Shown: one piece after another, positions 1 through 9,180 of the stretch
How positions within the stretch are numbered: position 1 is the first letter of the stretch
How the letters are laid out: every line of letters starts with the position of its first letter
DNA from: a virus
Length of the DNA: 64,000 nucleotides
IMG/VR virus record: IMGVR_UViG_3300033994_001756
Location: 108,254-172,253 of that record
Reading direction: 5' to 3' (one strand)
Notes under the pieces: generated by a model
Seen by the model: only the letters and a program-made list of their open reading frames with translations
Told to the model about the DNA's origin: nothing
Databases searched by the model: none
Program-made: the position numbers and the translations under genes

Positions 1-6
1 AAGTTA

Positions 7-13
7 CTAAATA
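7..13 (+). promoter_or_regulatory. T4-type late promoter variant (CTAAATA)
   Basis: CTAAATA resembles the gp55 consensus TATAAATA; it lies upstream of a small ORF at 28. Confidence 0.45.
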
Positions 14-27
14 AAAATGTAAGAGCA

Positions 28-150
28 ATGATAAGTGGGAGGAAAAAAGACTTGCAAAAGCCTGACTTCCACTTCGATAAATTAGTTTCCATATTCAAGA
101 GAAACTATAGAGTGGAAGTTAAGATCTTCGTAGAAGAAACACAAGACTAA
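28..150 (+). CDS. small hypothetical protein (40 aa)
   Basis: ATG at 28 to TAA at 150 (MISGRKKDLQKPDFHFDK...); below the ORF-track cutoff. Confidence 0.45.
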   Translation: MISGRKKDLQKPDFHFDKLVSIFKRNYRVEVKIFVEETQD

Positions 151-170
151 AACTCTAAAGGAAAAGAACC

Positions 171-404
171 ATGGGCAATCTATTACTTTTGCTTACTGTA
201 TTTGCAGTAGGATTCGTTTTAATAGGATTATCATTCTTAATTGGTATGGTTTTTGGATGGTTCGCAAACGAATATTTCAATCCAGTCTCAGCTCATGCAA
301 CTGGGCATCCAGAAATGTATGATGAGAATGGAAACTATATTACCGAGGAATTAATTGCTGTACGTTTTGAGGAAGAAGACGACGAGGACGACGAAGAGGA
401 TTAA
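171..404 (+). CDS. small membrane protein with acidic tail (conserved cyanophage hypothetical)
   Basis: N-terminal hydrophobic helix, HPEMYDENG motif, poly-D/E C-terminus, AAGGA RBS. Confidence 0.75.
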   Translation: MGNLLLLLTVFAVGFVLIGLSFLIGMVFGWFANEYFNPVSAHATGHPEMYDENGNYITEELIAVRFEEEDDEDDEED

Positions 405-407
405 TTT

Positions 408-1289
408 ATGATACTGGTTGATATGAATCAGTGCATGATTAGTAATTTGATGATGCAAACTAGACTGAGTGACGGACTAGATGAAAATATGGTCCGTCAC
501 ATGGTACTTACATCTCTCAAATCATACAAAAAAAAATTTCATGCCGAGTATGGCAACTTAGTTCTTTGTTACGATAGCAAGCACTATTGGAGGAAAGAAA
601 TTTTTCCATACTATAAACAAAACCGAAAAAAAGATAGAGAGAAATCTTTATTTGATTGGTCTCAGATCTTTGAAATCTTGAATAAAATTCGAGATGAAAT
701 TCGAGATAACTTTCCATATATTGTAATGGAAATTTATGGAGCTGAGGCAGATGATATTATTGCCACTCTATCAAAACATGTTACAGTCCACAACATCAAA
801 AAGCAAAAAGAAAATTTAAAGACTGAAAAGGTCTTAATTTTATCAGGCGATAAAGACTTCATTCAATTATCGAAGTATCCCTGTGTAACTCAATATAATC
901 CTGTTCAAAAGAAGTATGTAAATGATGGGATAGATCCCAAATTATACATCAAAGAACATGTGATCAAAGGTGATAGGTCAGATGGTATTCCAAATTTTCT
1001 ATCTGAATCAGATACCTTTGTTTCTGGTAAAAGGCAGAAACCCATTAGCAAGAAGAATATTGCAAAATGGATTACTGCAGAACCAGAAAGTTATTGCAAT
1101 GAACAACAGTTAATTAACTATCATCGCAATCAAAAACTTATAGACCTAGCCTGTATCCCATCTGAAATAGAGGATAAAATTATCACTGAGTACAACTTGT
1201 TAAATAGTAGTACACCAAATAAAATTTCAATGAACTACTTCATTGAAAACAGGTTAATAACATTATTAAATGAATTGGAGGATTTTTAA
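408..1289 (+). CDS. rnh: T4-like RNase H / 5'-3' exonuclease
   Basis: MILVD, EADDIIATL, SGDKDFIQL and GDRSDGIPN motifs of the FEN/5'-nuclease family. Confidence 0.95.
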   Translation: MILVDMNQCMISNLMMQTRLSDGLDENMVRHMVLTSLKSYKKKFHAEYGNLVLCYDSKHYWRKEIFPYYKQNRKKDREKSLFDWSQIFEILNKIRDEIRDNFPYIVMEIYGAEADDIIATLSKHVTVHNIKKQKENLKTEKVLILSGDKDFIQLSKYPCVTQYNPVQKKYVNDGIDPKLYIKEHVIKGDRSDGIPNFLSESDTFVSGKRQKPISKKNIAKWITAEPESYCNEQQLINYHRNQKLIDLACIPSEIEDKIITEYNLLNSSTPNKISMNYFIENRLITLLNELEDF

Positions 1290-1292
1290 CTC

Positions 1293-1745
1293 ATGGCTGA
1301 ACTACCAGTAGAAAGACTTCTGATTTCGGAAGTTCTACAAAAAGTATCTAATGCAAAAACAAAAAAAGAAAAGATTGAACTACTACGTAAGTATAAAAGC
1401 GCAGCACTTCAATCAATTTTAATTTGGAACTTTGATGACAGTGTAATTACTCTTTTACCAGAAGGTGAAGTTCCGTACACTCCAAACGAAGCTCCAGTAG
1501 ATACAGAGCACACTCGACTACTACATGAATATCGAATTCTGTATAACTTTGTAAAGGGCGGAAACGATGGTCTTGCAAACAACAAACGAGAGACCATGTT
1601 TATTCAATTACTAGAAAGTCTTCATCAAGATGAAGCTAAAGTTCTTTGTATGGTAAAGGACAAAACCCTAGGTAAAAAATATAAGATTACTAAAGCTTGT
1701 ATTGAAGAAGCCTATCCTGAAATTAAGTGGGGCAATAGGTCGTGA
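1293..1745 (+). CDS. conserved T4-like cyanophage hypothetical protein
   Basis: LPEGEVPY and KRETMFIQLLESLH motifs; position directly after rnh. Confidence 0.8.
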   Translation: MAELPVERLLISEVLQKVSNAKTKKEKIELLRKYKSAALQSILIWNFDDSVITLLPEGEVPYTPNEAPVDTEHTRLLHEYRILYNFVKGGNDGLANNKRETMFIQLLESLHQDEAKVLCMVKDKTLGKKYKITKACIEEAYPEIKWGNRS

Positions 1746-1746
1746 C

Positions 1747-2004
1747 ATGTGTAAAATCGTACATCAAGATTGCAGCAGAGATTTAGCAAAGGATAAAACA
1801 CTACCATTAAATTCATACCTAGTCACCTATGAGGTTGACAACCAGACAAGGTATGATATAATAGTGTGTAACAAGCGGGCTCAGATCTTTGATATGTACT
1901 GGGACAAGTACCGTGAAGGTCTGAAAGACATCCGCTGGACCGATGGCAAGGTCAACCCCAAACTATGGGGAGTTCAACCAAAGGAACCCAAAAAGAAAAA
2001 GTAA
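1747..2004 (+). CDS. conserved hypothetical protein
   Basis: ATG at 1747 just after the previous stop; IFDMYWDKY and VNPKLWG motifs. Confidence 0.75.
   Translation: MCKIVHQDCSRDLAKDKTLPLNSYLVTYEVDNQTRYDIIVCNKRAQIFDMYWDKYREGLKDIRWTDGKVNPKLWGVQPKEPKKKK
1835..1862 (+). promoter_or_regulatory. sigma70-type early promoter inside a CDS, upstream of thyX
   Basis: TTGACA(1835)-16 nt-TATAAT(1857) with extended -10 TG. Confidence 0.75.
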
Positions 2005-2006
2005 CT

Positions 2007-2669
2007 ATGAGCAATGTTTTTTTGATTTCGTTAAGTCAAGGTGCTGGAAAACTAGAAGGTAAGACAGCCCAAGAAGTGATTACTTATACTGCTCGTGTAA
2101 GTAATCCAGCAAACCAAGAAAAGTTTGATACTGCTGCTGGACTTCTTCGATACTGCATTCGTGAAAATCATTGGAGTATCTTTGAACAAGCTGATATGAC
2201 TCTGGAGATTAATACTACCAGAGGAATCGCGGCTCAAGTGCTTCGTCACCGTTCATTTACATATCAAGAATTTTCACAGCGATATGCTGATACGAAACTT
2301 CTCACTGATAGACCATCAGTTCCAGATCTTCGCCGTCAGGATACCAAGAATCGCCAGAACTCAATTGATGACTTTGGTGATTATGTGAAGCTAAAAATGC
2401 AAGGTGAAATTCAAGAACATTTTGAGAAGAGTCAACAACTATATGATTCTCTTCTCAAACAGGGTGTGGCAAAGGAATGTGCAAGGTTTGTGCTTCCTCT
2501 AGCCACCCCAACAAGGATTTACATGAAGGGCTCAGCCAGGTCATGGATTCATTATATCAATCTACGATCTTCAAATGGAACCCAAAAGGAACATATGGAT
2601 ATCGCAAATGAATGTAAAGATATCTTTAAGACCTGCTTCCCTGATATTGCAGAAGCACTAGACTGGTAA
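2007..2669 (+). CDS. thyX: FAD-dependent thymidylate synthase ThyX
   Basis: HWSIFE and RHRSFTYQEFSQRY (RHRx7S signature), ECARFVLP; start moved to ATG 2007. Confidence 0.97.
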   Translation: MSNVFLISLSQGAGKLEGKTAQEVITYTARVSNPANQEKFDTAAGLLRYCIRENHWSIFEQADMTLEINTTRGIAAQVLRHRSFTYQEFSQRYADTKLLTDRPSVPDLRRQDTKNRQNSIDDFGDYVKLKMQGEIQEHFEKSQQLYDSLLKQGVAKECARFVLPLATPTRIYMKGSARSWIHYINLRSSNGTQKEHMDIANECKDIFKTCFPDIAEALDW

Positions 2670-2686
2670 TGTGAAATTTCTTTGTT

Positions 2687-3235
2687 ATGAACATCTTTTA
2701 TTTGAATTACAATCCAGCTATATGTGCTCAAGAACATTGTGACAAGCATGTAGTCAAAATGATTGTCGAGTATGCACAACTTCTATCAACCGCTCATCGA
2801 GTTCTTGACGGTATTGGTTATTACGAACTTTCTAATAAGAATCGACAAGTCAAGAGATTCAAACTCGATGAGCCAAGAGAATCAAATCTCTATAAAGCTT
2901 GTCATATTAACCACCCTTCTGCTATCTGGGCTAGGAGTTCTAGATCACATTACAACTGGCTCTATGAACTCTTTGAACAATGTTGTATTGAATACACCAG
3001 AAGATACGGCAAGTTTCATGCTACTGAATCTTTGAGAGCATATTTAAAACATCCTCCTAATAATCTTCCTGATTTGGGGTGGTCTGATCCACCTCCAGCT
3101 ATGCCCGATAAATATAAGGAAACTGACACAATTCAGTCTTATCGTAATTATTACATTGGAGATAAAATTGCTTTTGCAAAATGGAAATCTCCTTCTACTA
3201 TCCCTGAATGGTTTAAGACAAATGCCAACCTATAG
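2687..3235 (+). CDS. pyrimidine-dimer DNA glycosylase / endonuclease V-like protein
   Basis: MNIFYL...HCDKHVVKMIVEYAQLLSTAH, HINHPSAIW, EYTRRYGKFH and YRNYY motifs. Confidence 0.75.
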   Translation: MNIFYLNYNPAICAQEHCDKHVVKMIVEYAQLLSTAHRVLDGIGYYELSNKNRQVKRFKLDEPRESNLYKACHINHPSAIWARSSRSHYNWLYELFEQCCIEYTRRYGKFHATESLRAYLKHPPNNLPDLGWSDPPPAMPDKYKETDTIQSYRNYYIGDKIAFAKWKSPSTIPEWFKTNANL

Positions 3236-3455
3236 ATTCAAAGATAATAACACTGGTGAAGAGTTTGAGAAGTGGATGTATATGGCTGACCGAGAGCCAT
3301 ATCTAAAAGAAAACCCACACATCACCCAAGTTCCAACAGGAATGTATTCTATCAGCGAAGTTGGGGACTGGAAAAACACGAAAGTCCCTGGCTCATTTAA
3401 AGATGTGTTAGGTCGCATCAAAAAATCATATCCCAACTCAACTTTTGACGTATGA
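3222..3455 (+). CDS. FmdB-like small protein (MPTY family)
   Basis: MPTYRFKDNNTGEEFE N-terminus; usual neighbour upstream of phoH. Confidence 0.7.
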   Translation: MPTYRFKDNNTGEEFEKWMYMADREPYLKENPHITQVPTGMYSISEVGDWKNTKVPGSFKDVLGRIKKSYPNSTFDV

Positions 3456-4207
3456 CAAGTTCCCGTAGAAGAAAGAATGAAAGTTCATTTGCAGATTTAT
3501 CATCTAAAAAAATGAGGAGAAAAAAGCCAATTGATGCTGAGCATATGGTTGATATTCAACCTCTGACTCCAGCTCAAGAAAAAGTATTTGAAGAATACGC
3601 AAACGACAAAAATCTATTTCTATATGGAGCTGCAGGTACAGGTAAAACATTTGTTAGTCTCTACCTAGCACTAAAGGATGTATTAAACGATAAAACTCCA
3701 TATGAAAAAGTATATATGGTTCGTTCTCTAGTTTCTACTAGGGAGATTGGTTTCCTTCCAGGAGATCATGAGGATAAGTCAAGCCTTTACCAGATTCCAT
3801 ATAAGAACATGGTAAAGTACATGTTTGAGATGCCAGATGATGCTTCATTTGAAGCTTTGTATGGTAATCTAAAAGGACAAGGAACTGTAAGTTTCTGGAG
3901 TACATCATTCATCCGTGGTACTACTCTTGATAACTGTATCATCATTGTTGATGAAAGTCAGAATCTTAATTTCCATGAACTAGATTCTATCATCACTCGT
4001 GTTGGGCAAGATGCTAAAATTATTTTCTGTGGTGATGTTCAACAAACTGACCTTGTAAAGACCAACGAAAGAAATGGTGTTCTGAATTTCATGAGCATTC
4101 TTCAAACTATGGATGAATTTTCCATGGTAGAATTTGGAATCGCCGACATCGTTCGTTCAGGTCTAATCAGAAGTTATCTAATCAGCAAACTTAATTTGGG
4201 ATTCTGA
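3452..4207 (+). CDS. phoH: PhoH family ATPase
   Basis: GAAGTGKT Walker A, IGFLPG, RGTTL, DESQN, GDVQQTDL, IVRSGL. Confidence 0.97.
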   Translation: MTSSRRRKNESSFADLSSKKMRRKKPIDAEHMVDIQPLTPAQEKVFEEYANDKNLFLYGAAGTGKTFVSLYLALKDVLNDKTPYEKVYMVRSLVSTREIGFLPGDHEDKSSLYQIPYKNMVKYMFEMPDDASFEALYGNLKGQGTVSFWSTSFIRGTTLDNCIIIVDESQNLNFHELDSIITRVGQDAKIIFCGDVQQTDLVKTNERNGVLNFMSILQTMDEFSMVEFGIADIVRSGLIRSYLISKLNLGF

Positions 4208-4209
4208 TA

Positions 4210-4875
4210 GTGTTTGTACATTTAAATAATGAACCTCTGATTGATTTACAAGCTATAACTACAGATAGCGGGAGGCTATACTTAACTCCAGATGGAAATA
4301 AGTATCCTTCCGTTACTACTGTTATTGGTACCACTTCAAAGAAGTCAATTCTACAATGGAGGAAAAGGGTAGGGGAAGCAGAGGCTAATCGTATTTCTTC
4401 CAGAGCAGCATCTAGAGGTACAAATCTTCACCTAATGAATGAAGACTACCTAAATAATATGTTCAATGAAGAGAAGTACAAAGATAAAGTACTGCCTCTA
4501 TTCATGTTTAAACATTTAAAACCTTTCCTAGATAGAATTAACAACATTCATGTCTTGGAAGGAGCACTATACAGTGATAAACTAAAACTTGCTGGACGAG
4601 TTGACTGCATTGCAGAATATGAAAACGAGCTAGCAATTATAGATTTCAAGTCTTCTACTGAACCAAAAAAGAGAGAGTGGATTGAAAACTATATTGCACA
4701 AGAGTGTGCATATGCAATGATGTATTATGAACGTACTGGTATCAAAGTAAAAAAACTTGTAACTTTAATCGCCTGTGAGGATGGAGAAATCCAAGTCTTC
4801 CAGGAGTACGATATCATGAAATACATGAAAGTACTAATGGAATACATCAGAGCCTATGAAGAACAACGAACTTAA
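4210..4875 (+). CDS. PD-(D/E)XK exonuclease
   Basis: YPSVTTV, RGTNLH, GRVDCI, IIDFKSS and QxxAY motifs; phoH-exonuclease-gp33 synteny. Confidence 0.88.
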   Translation: MFVHLNNEPLIDLQAITTDSGRLYLTPDGNKYPSVTTVIGTTSKKSILQWRKRVGEAEANRISSRAASRGTNLHLMNEDYLNNMFNEEKYKDKVLPLFMFKHLKPFLDRINNIHVLEGALYSDKLKLAGRVDCIAEYENELAIIDFKSSTEPKKREWIENYIAQECAYAMMYYERTGIKVKKLVTLIACEDGEIQVFQEYDIMKYMKVLMEYIRAYEEQRT

Positions 4876-5119
4876 TGAATTATTTGAAGACAAATTTATG
4901 ACAGCATCTAAATTTTCCATGGAAGTGGAAGAGATCGTCCGGTCAAATCAGGGCGGTCTCAATTATATTGATGCAGTATTAGTTTACTGCGAAGAGAATG
5001 ACATTGAACTAGGAAATGTTTCAAAATTAATTTCTAAACCACTTAAAGAAAAAATTAAAGTTGATGCTCAACGTATGAACTTTATGAAACGAACTTCTCG
5101 TGCCAGACTTCCTTTATGA
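4856..5119 (+). CDS. gp33: late-transcription co-activator gp33
   Basis: YIDAVLVYCEENDIE and ISKPLKEKI motifs; synteny with gp59 and gp32. Confidence 0.9.
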   Translation: MKNNELNELFEDKFMTASKFSMEVEEIVRSNQGGLNYIDAVLVYCEENDIELGNVSKLISKPLKEKIKVDAQRMNFMKRTSRARLPL

Positions 5120-5706
5120 ATGGGTTTGATGTTTATCGAACATATCTAGCAATAAAACTACACTTTAGTAAAGATAATTTTGATTTTTTTAAATGTGGTA
5201 CAGGTAAAGCCAAAGCTTCACTAGAGGCATTTGAAAAACGAAAAGACAAATACTTTTTTAAGAAGTTGGCTACAAAATTTAGTCAAGATGAATTGATTCA
5301 ATATTTTGTAGCTCACTTTGTACAAAACAGAGACACTTGGATTGGAGATATTTCTAGGATAGAAAACACTTCAGTCTATTTAAATTGGCTAAAGAAAATT
5401 CAGAGCATGAGCTTTGTCTTTTCAAATGATTTAGATATCTTATTGAAGGAACATTCATTTGAAGATATCTTTAAGGTAACTAATACACATCCTCCAGTTA
5501 TAAAACAATACCTTTCAAGTTCTATAAACTTGGAAACATTAGTTATTCTTAACCAATTATTAAACTTCATTAAAGACTTTGATACTTCAATTAATGATCC
5601 TGTAGTTTGGCCAGATATCAAGAAGAAGGTACTGAAATACGAACCTTTCCTTTCACTAGATAAACCTAAATATAAGCAGATAGTTTTGTCGAAGGTTTCT
5701 AGCTGA
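5116..5706 (+). CDS. gp59: helicase loader gp59
   Basis: YLAIKLHF, KRKDKYFFKKL and INLETLVIL motifs. Confidence 0.92.
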   Translation: MNGFDVYRTYLAIKLHFSKDNFDFFKCGTGKAKASLEAFEKRKDKYFFKKLATKFSQDELIQYFVAHFVQNRDTWIGDISRIENTSVYLNWLKKIQSMSFVFSNDLDILLKEHSFEDIFKVTNTHPPVIKQYLSSSINLETLVILNQLLNFIKDFDTSINDPVVWPDIKKKVLKYEPFLSLDKPKYKQIVLSKVSS

Positions 5707-6041
5707 TGTCTTTTTTTGAAAACGAATTAATTCGTGATGAATTAGAAGAAATGACTTTATTATATAAAGAAATTTCTTTTATAATGTATAGTCCTCATGA
5801 AAAATCTCAAGAGACTCGTAGAGAATGTCTGGATAAATTAAACAGACTTGTAGAACTTCAAGAGCTTCTTTATTTCAGAGCAAAGTATTCTAGCGATGAA
5901 GAAGCTGAAGAGTTCGTTGACATGTTAAGGACATCTGCTACATTCCTTGGGGTGCCCCCAGATGTGGATGTGTCACAAATCTTCACCCACATGAAGCAAG
6001 ACATCATCCGAGCCAAGGAGGCACTTGACAAATCTCTCTGA
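5706..6041 (+). CDS. conserved cyanophage hypothetical protein (DUF1825-like)
   Basis: MSFFENELIRDELEE N-terminus; lies between gp59 and gp32. Confidence 0.7.
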   Translation: MSFFENELIRDELEEMTLLYKEISFIMYSPHEKSQETRRECLDKLNRLVELQELLYFRAKYSSDEEAEEFVDMLRTSATFLGVPPDVDVSQIFTHMKQDIIRAKEALDKSL

Positions 6042-6053
6042 CTCTGCTACCAT
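6025..6053 (+). promoter_or_regulatory. sigma70-type promoter for gp32
   Basis: TTGACA(6025)-17 nt-TACCAT(6048) with extended TG. Confidence 0.75.
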
Positions 6054-6115
6054 ACTCTCATGGGTTGGGGCACACGAGCCAAATCCATTTAATCCAACTA
6101 ATACGGAGAATCCAC

Positions 6116-7021
6116 ATGTCTTTTGCAACACTCAAGCGTAACTCATCCAACTCATTTGATAAGCTAACCCAAGAAATCGAAAAAATGTCTAGCACAGAAG
6201 GTGGTGCAGACGAAAGGTTCTGGAAGCCTGAGATGGACAAGTCAGGCAATGGCTACGCTGTCATTCGTTTCCTCCCAGCTCCAGAAGGTGAAGACGTACC
6301 CTGGGCGAAGGTATGGAGCCATGCTTTCCAAGGTCCTGGTGGCTGGTACATTGAAAACTCTCTAACTACTCTCAACAAAAAAGATCCTGTAGGTGATCTC
6401 AATCGTCAGCTCTGGAACACTGGTAGTGATAAAGATAAAGAAGTTGCTCGCAAACAAAAGCGTAAGCTAACCTATTACACTAATATCTATGTCGTAAAGG
6501 ATCCTGCTCACCCAGAAAACGAAGGTAAAGTATTCCTTTACAAGTTTGGCAAGAAGATCTTTGATAAGATCACCGAAGCTATGCAACCTGCATTTGCAGA
6601 TGAGCAAGCTATCAATCCATTTGACTTCTGGACTGGTGCAGACTTCAAAATCAAGCTTCGCAAAGTAGAAGGTTACTGGAACTATGACAAGTCTGAGTTT
6701 TCTACTCCTGGTACTCTAGGTGATTTTGATGATGCTAAGCTAGAGCAAATTTATTCAAAGGCTCATAGTCTAACTCAATTCTCTGCAGATGATAACTTCA
6801 AAACTTATGAAGAACTAGCTAAGCGTTTAAACGATGTTCTAAACTCAAAGCCAGTTCAACGAATTGATCGTGAAACTTACGAAGACGAAGAGCAGAACGT
6901 AATTGAAACCGTTGCTTCTTTTGCTTCTACTTCTACTCCATCCTTTGCTTCACGTTCTACTAGCAATGATGATGAAGATGATACCCTCAGTTACTTCGCT
7001 CGACTAGCTGAAGAAGATTGA
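6116..7021 (+). CDS. gp32: single-stranded DNA-binding protein gp32
   Basis: DERFWKP, GNGYAVIRFLP, WYIENSLTTL, NYDKSEF motifs and acidic tail; GGAG RBS before ATG 6116. Confidence 0.97.
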   Translation: MSFATLKRNSSNSFDKLTQEIEKMSSTEGGADERFWKPEMDKSGNGYAVIRFLPAPEGEDVPWAKVWSHAFQGPGGWYIENSLTTLNKKDPVGDLNRQLWNTGSDKDKEVARKQKRKLTYYTNIYVVKDPAHPENEGKVFLYKFGKKIFDKITEAMQPAFADEQAINPFDFWTGADFKIKLRKVEGYWNYDKSEFSTPGTLGDFDDAKLEQIYSKAHSLTQFSADDNFKTYEELAKRLNDVLNSKPVQRIDRETYEDEEQNVIETVASFASTSTPSFASRSTSNDDEDDTLSYFARLAEED

Positions 7022-7028
7022 TAATATT

Positions 7029-7055
7029 AAAGGAGGCTTAAAGCCTCCTTTTTTT
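7029..7055. terminator. bidirectional intrinsic terminator between convergent gp32 and gp53
   Basis: AAAGGAGGCT-TAA-AGCCTCCTTT hairpin followed by a T-run. Confidence 0.9.
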
Positions 7056-7707
7056 ATATAGAAGTTTCGGGAAATCTAATACCAGCAGAATCAATCTTGT
7101 ATTCAGTATCATATGCAAACAGAGATGCAATCTCTTCTTCCATCGTGGTTAAGAATTGTGGTCTAATTAAAAATATTTCCTTTTTATTTTCATTCTCTCT
7201 ATATTCAAACTCTCTATTGGTAATTGGAGTCATTACTTGAGATCCGGATTTCAATGAGCCAGTTGAAGTAGTGAATGTATATGATGGATAATAGCCAACT
7301 ACTTCTTGTGTGGATCTTCCTTCATTATATTCAATAATGATTCCACCTTGTAAAACAAGATTATTTCCTTCATATAATTCTTTAGTTTCCCAAAATTTAA
7401 TTTTGTCTTGATTATTACCGTACTTCTTTTCTATAGCTAAATCTAATTCGTAATCTGACACTGGCCAATCATTATTCACATCAATAATGTTATTAAGGAT
7501 TAGAATGGTCCAGTACCAATCAGGAGATCCATATTGTTTATTTGATACTTGCTCTGGAGTCTCACCTTGTTGGATTGTGTATCGAGTAGATGCCACATAT
7601 AAAGCGTTTAGGTTATCTCTAAATCTAACTCTACGAAACAGATTTTTAGATAACTTTAACCCACCTTTGTATGGATAATAAAAATTTGGTTGTGAGTTAA
7701 AAAACAT
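7054..7707 (-). CDS. gp53: baseplate wedge protein gp53
   Basis: YTIQQGETPEQVS...YGSPDWYWTILILNNIID...WP LysM-like motif; EYRENENKKEI. Confidence 0.9.
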   Translation of the reverse strand: MFFNSQPNFYYPYKGGLKLSKNLFRRVRFRDNLNALYVASTRYTIQQGETPEQVSNKQYGSPDWYWTILILNNIIDVNNDWPVSDYELDLAIEKKYGNNQDKIKFWETKELYEGNNLVLQGGIIIEYNEGRSTQEVVGYYPSYTFTTSTGSLKSGSQVMTPITNREFEYRENENKKEIFLIRPQFLTTMEEEIASLFAYDTEYKIDSAGIRFPETSI

Positions 7708-7719
7708 TGGTACTCTCCA

Positions 7720-8706
7720 TTAATTTCCTTGAAGAACATTATCTGCTGTAACGATTTCTGTTTCTGCAAATGACATTGTAACTTCATACGCAACTGGAGC
7801 TGGTCCACTCAATGCGTTGCCGGCAGTATTGATATGAGTAGCCCATACATTGTCTGGAGTATAATTAACCTGAATGTTCTTTAGAACACATGGTTTAATT
7901 TTTGGGAGTGATTGAATTGCTGTTTCAGTTCCAGCTTGCTTCCAGGTTAAATCAAATATGTTTGGGACAGTTAGCCATCTATCTTCTAATTTACTTATTA
8001 CTTGAATTGGAGAATTTAGTGCATCTTGAACTGGTCCAGTTCCACTATAATTTGGCAATGAATAATATCTGAGAGTTTTAATAATGTTATGAATTCTATT
8101 TTGTTCAGATGCATTTCTAGGAACTAACTTCCAGGAAAAGCTGAATTCTCTCATTGCAATTCCTTTGAATATTTGCTCAACATAAGGATTTAATACCTTT
8201 CCTCCAATACCACTTGTTAATGCTTCTGCAGGTGGGGCTCCTGGAATATTTGAAATTGCTTTCAAAATAAATTCTGGAGTTCCTGCACCCGCCATTTTAC
8301 TAATCAATGTTCCAATGTTTCCTGGGTCATTTATTGCGGCGCCAGCTAATATAGGTAGCATTTTACCTAGCATTCCAATATTTTCTGCCGACCAAGATAA
8401 CTGATCATTGTAATTAATATCATTGGGAACTGGTAGTAAAATTTTTGCTAATTTTTTATTTCTTGGTCTAGATCCTAGTGTACTATTTACTGCTTGCCAC
8501 CTACCAGTTTGTACTGTATCGCCACTTTGAATATCAGTAATAAATTGTAATGTAGCACTTCCACTAGCATCTTTTGCACTTGCAATAGGTACGTATTCCA
8601 TTACATTAATTTGAAGCATATCAAACATTTCATTTTTATCAGGCCAATATAAATCATCTCTATTGAGTATGTTTTGGGTATATCCTTTATTTACTGTAAC
8701 GGCCAT
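7720..8706 (-). CDS. gp48: baseplate tail-tube cap gp48
   Basis: NPYVEQIFKGIAMREFSFSWKLVPRN and PCVLKNIQVNYTP motifs; synteny. Confidence 0.88.
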   Translation of the reverse strand: MAVTVNKGYTQNILNRDDLYWPDKNEMFDMLQINVMEYVPIASAKDASGSATLQFITDIQSGDTVQTGRWQAVNSTLGSRPRNKKLAKILLPVPNDINYNDQLSWSAENIGMLGKMLPILAGAAINDPGNIGTLISKMAGAGTPEFILKAISNIPGAPPAEALTSGIGGKVLNPYVEQIFKGIAMREFSFSWKLVPRNASEQNRIHNIIKTLRYYSLPNYSGTGPVQDALNSPIQVISKLEDRWLTVPNIFDLTWKQAGTETAIQSLPKIKPCVLKNIQVNYTPDNVWATHINTAGNALSGPAPVAYEVTMSFAETEIVTADNVLQGN

Positions 8707-8745
8707 AAATATTTTATGATAAGCCTTTTATAATAAGTATTTATG
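8704..8745. promoter_or_regulatory. pair of overlapping, oppositely oriented late promoters
   Basis: CATAAATA on + (8704-8711) and on - (8745-8738); each overlaps the start codon of the opposite gene. Confidence 0.8.
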
Positions 8746-9180
8746 AATACTCTAAAGGGAAAATTTACCCCAACGAATATTCGCAAATATAAAGGAGACT
8801 ATAGGAATATAATTTATAGGTCTTCCTGGGAATTAAAGTTTATGAAGTACTGTGATACTAGATCTAATGTATTAGAATGGGCATCAGAAGAATGTGTTAT
8901 TCCATATAGATCTCCATTAGATAATAAAATTCATAGATACTTTGTTGATTTTTATGCTAAAATTCAAGAAGCTGATGGCACTATCACTAAGTATTTGATT
9001 GAAATAAAACCCAGTAAACAAACAGTTCCACCAAAGAAACCTCAAAGACAAACTAAAAGTTATATCTATGAAGTGACTGAATACGTTAAGAATCAAGCTA
9101 AGTGGAAAGCTGCCAAAGAATTCTGTGATGATAGAATGTGGAAATTTAAAATTCTCACGGAATCGGAGCTAAAGGTATGA
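8743..9180 (+). CDS. gp4: head completion nuclease gp4
   Basis: YRSSWELKFM, WASEE, HRYFVDF, EIKP and NQAKW motifs. Confidence 0.95.
   Translation: MNTLKGKFTPTNIRKYKGDYRNIIYRSSWELKFMKYCDTRSNVLEWASEECVIPYRSPLDNKIHRYFVDFYAKIQEADGTITKYLIEIKPSKQTVPPKKPQRQTKSYIYEVTEYVKNQAKWKAAKEFCDDRMWKFKILTESELKV

Noticed and set aside
4210-4875. Cas4 call for the PD-(D/E)XK nuclease
   Set aside because: It lacks the four-Cys Fe-S pattern and occupies the usual exonuclease position between phoH and gp33
5962-5977. CRP-like site TGTGG-N5-TCACA
   Set aside because: Spacing is 5 rather than 6 nt and it lies in coding sequence
1965-6115. ORF-track starts at 1702, 1965, 3156 and 6065
   Set aside because: They give long overlaps or lack an RBS; downstream ATGs at 1747, 2007, 3222 and 6116 fit the conserved N-termini better
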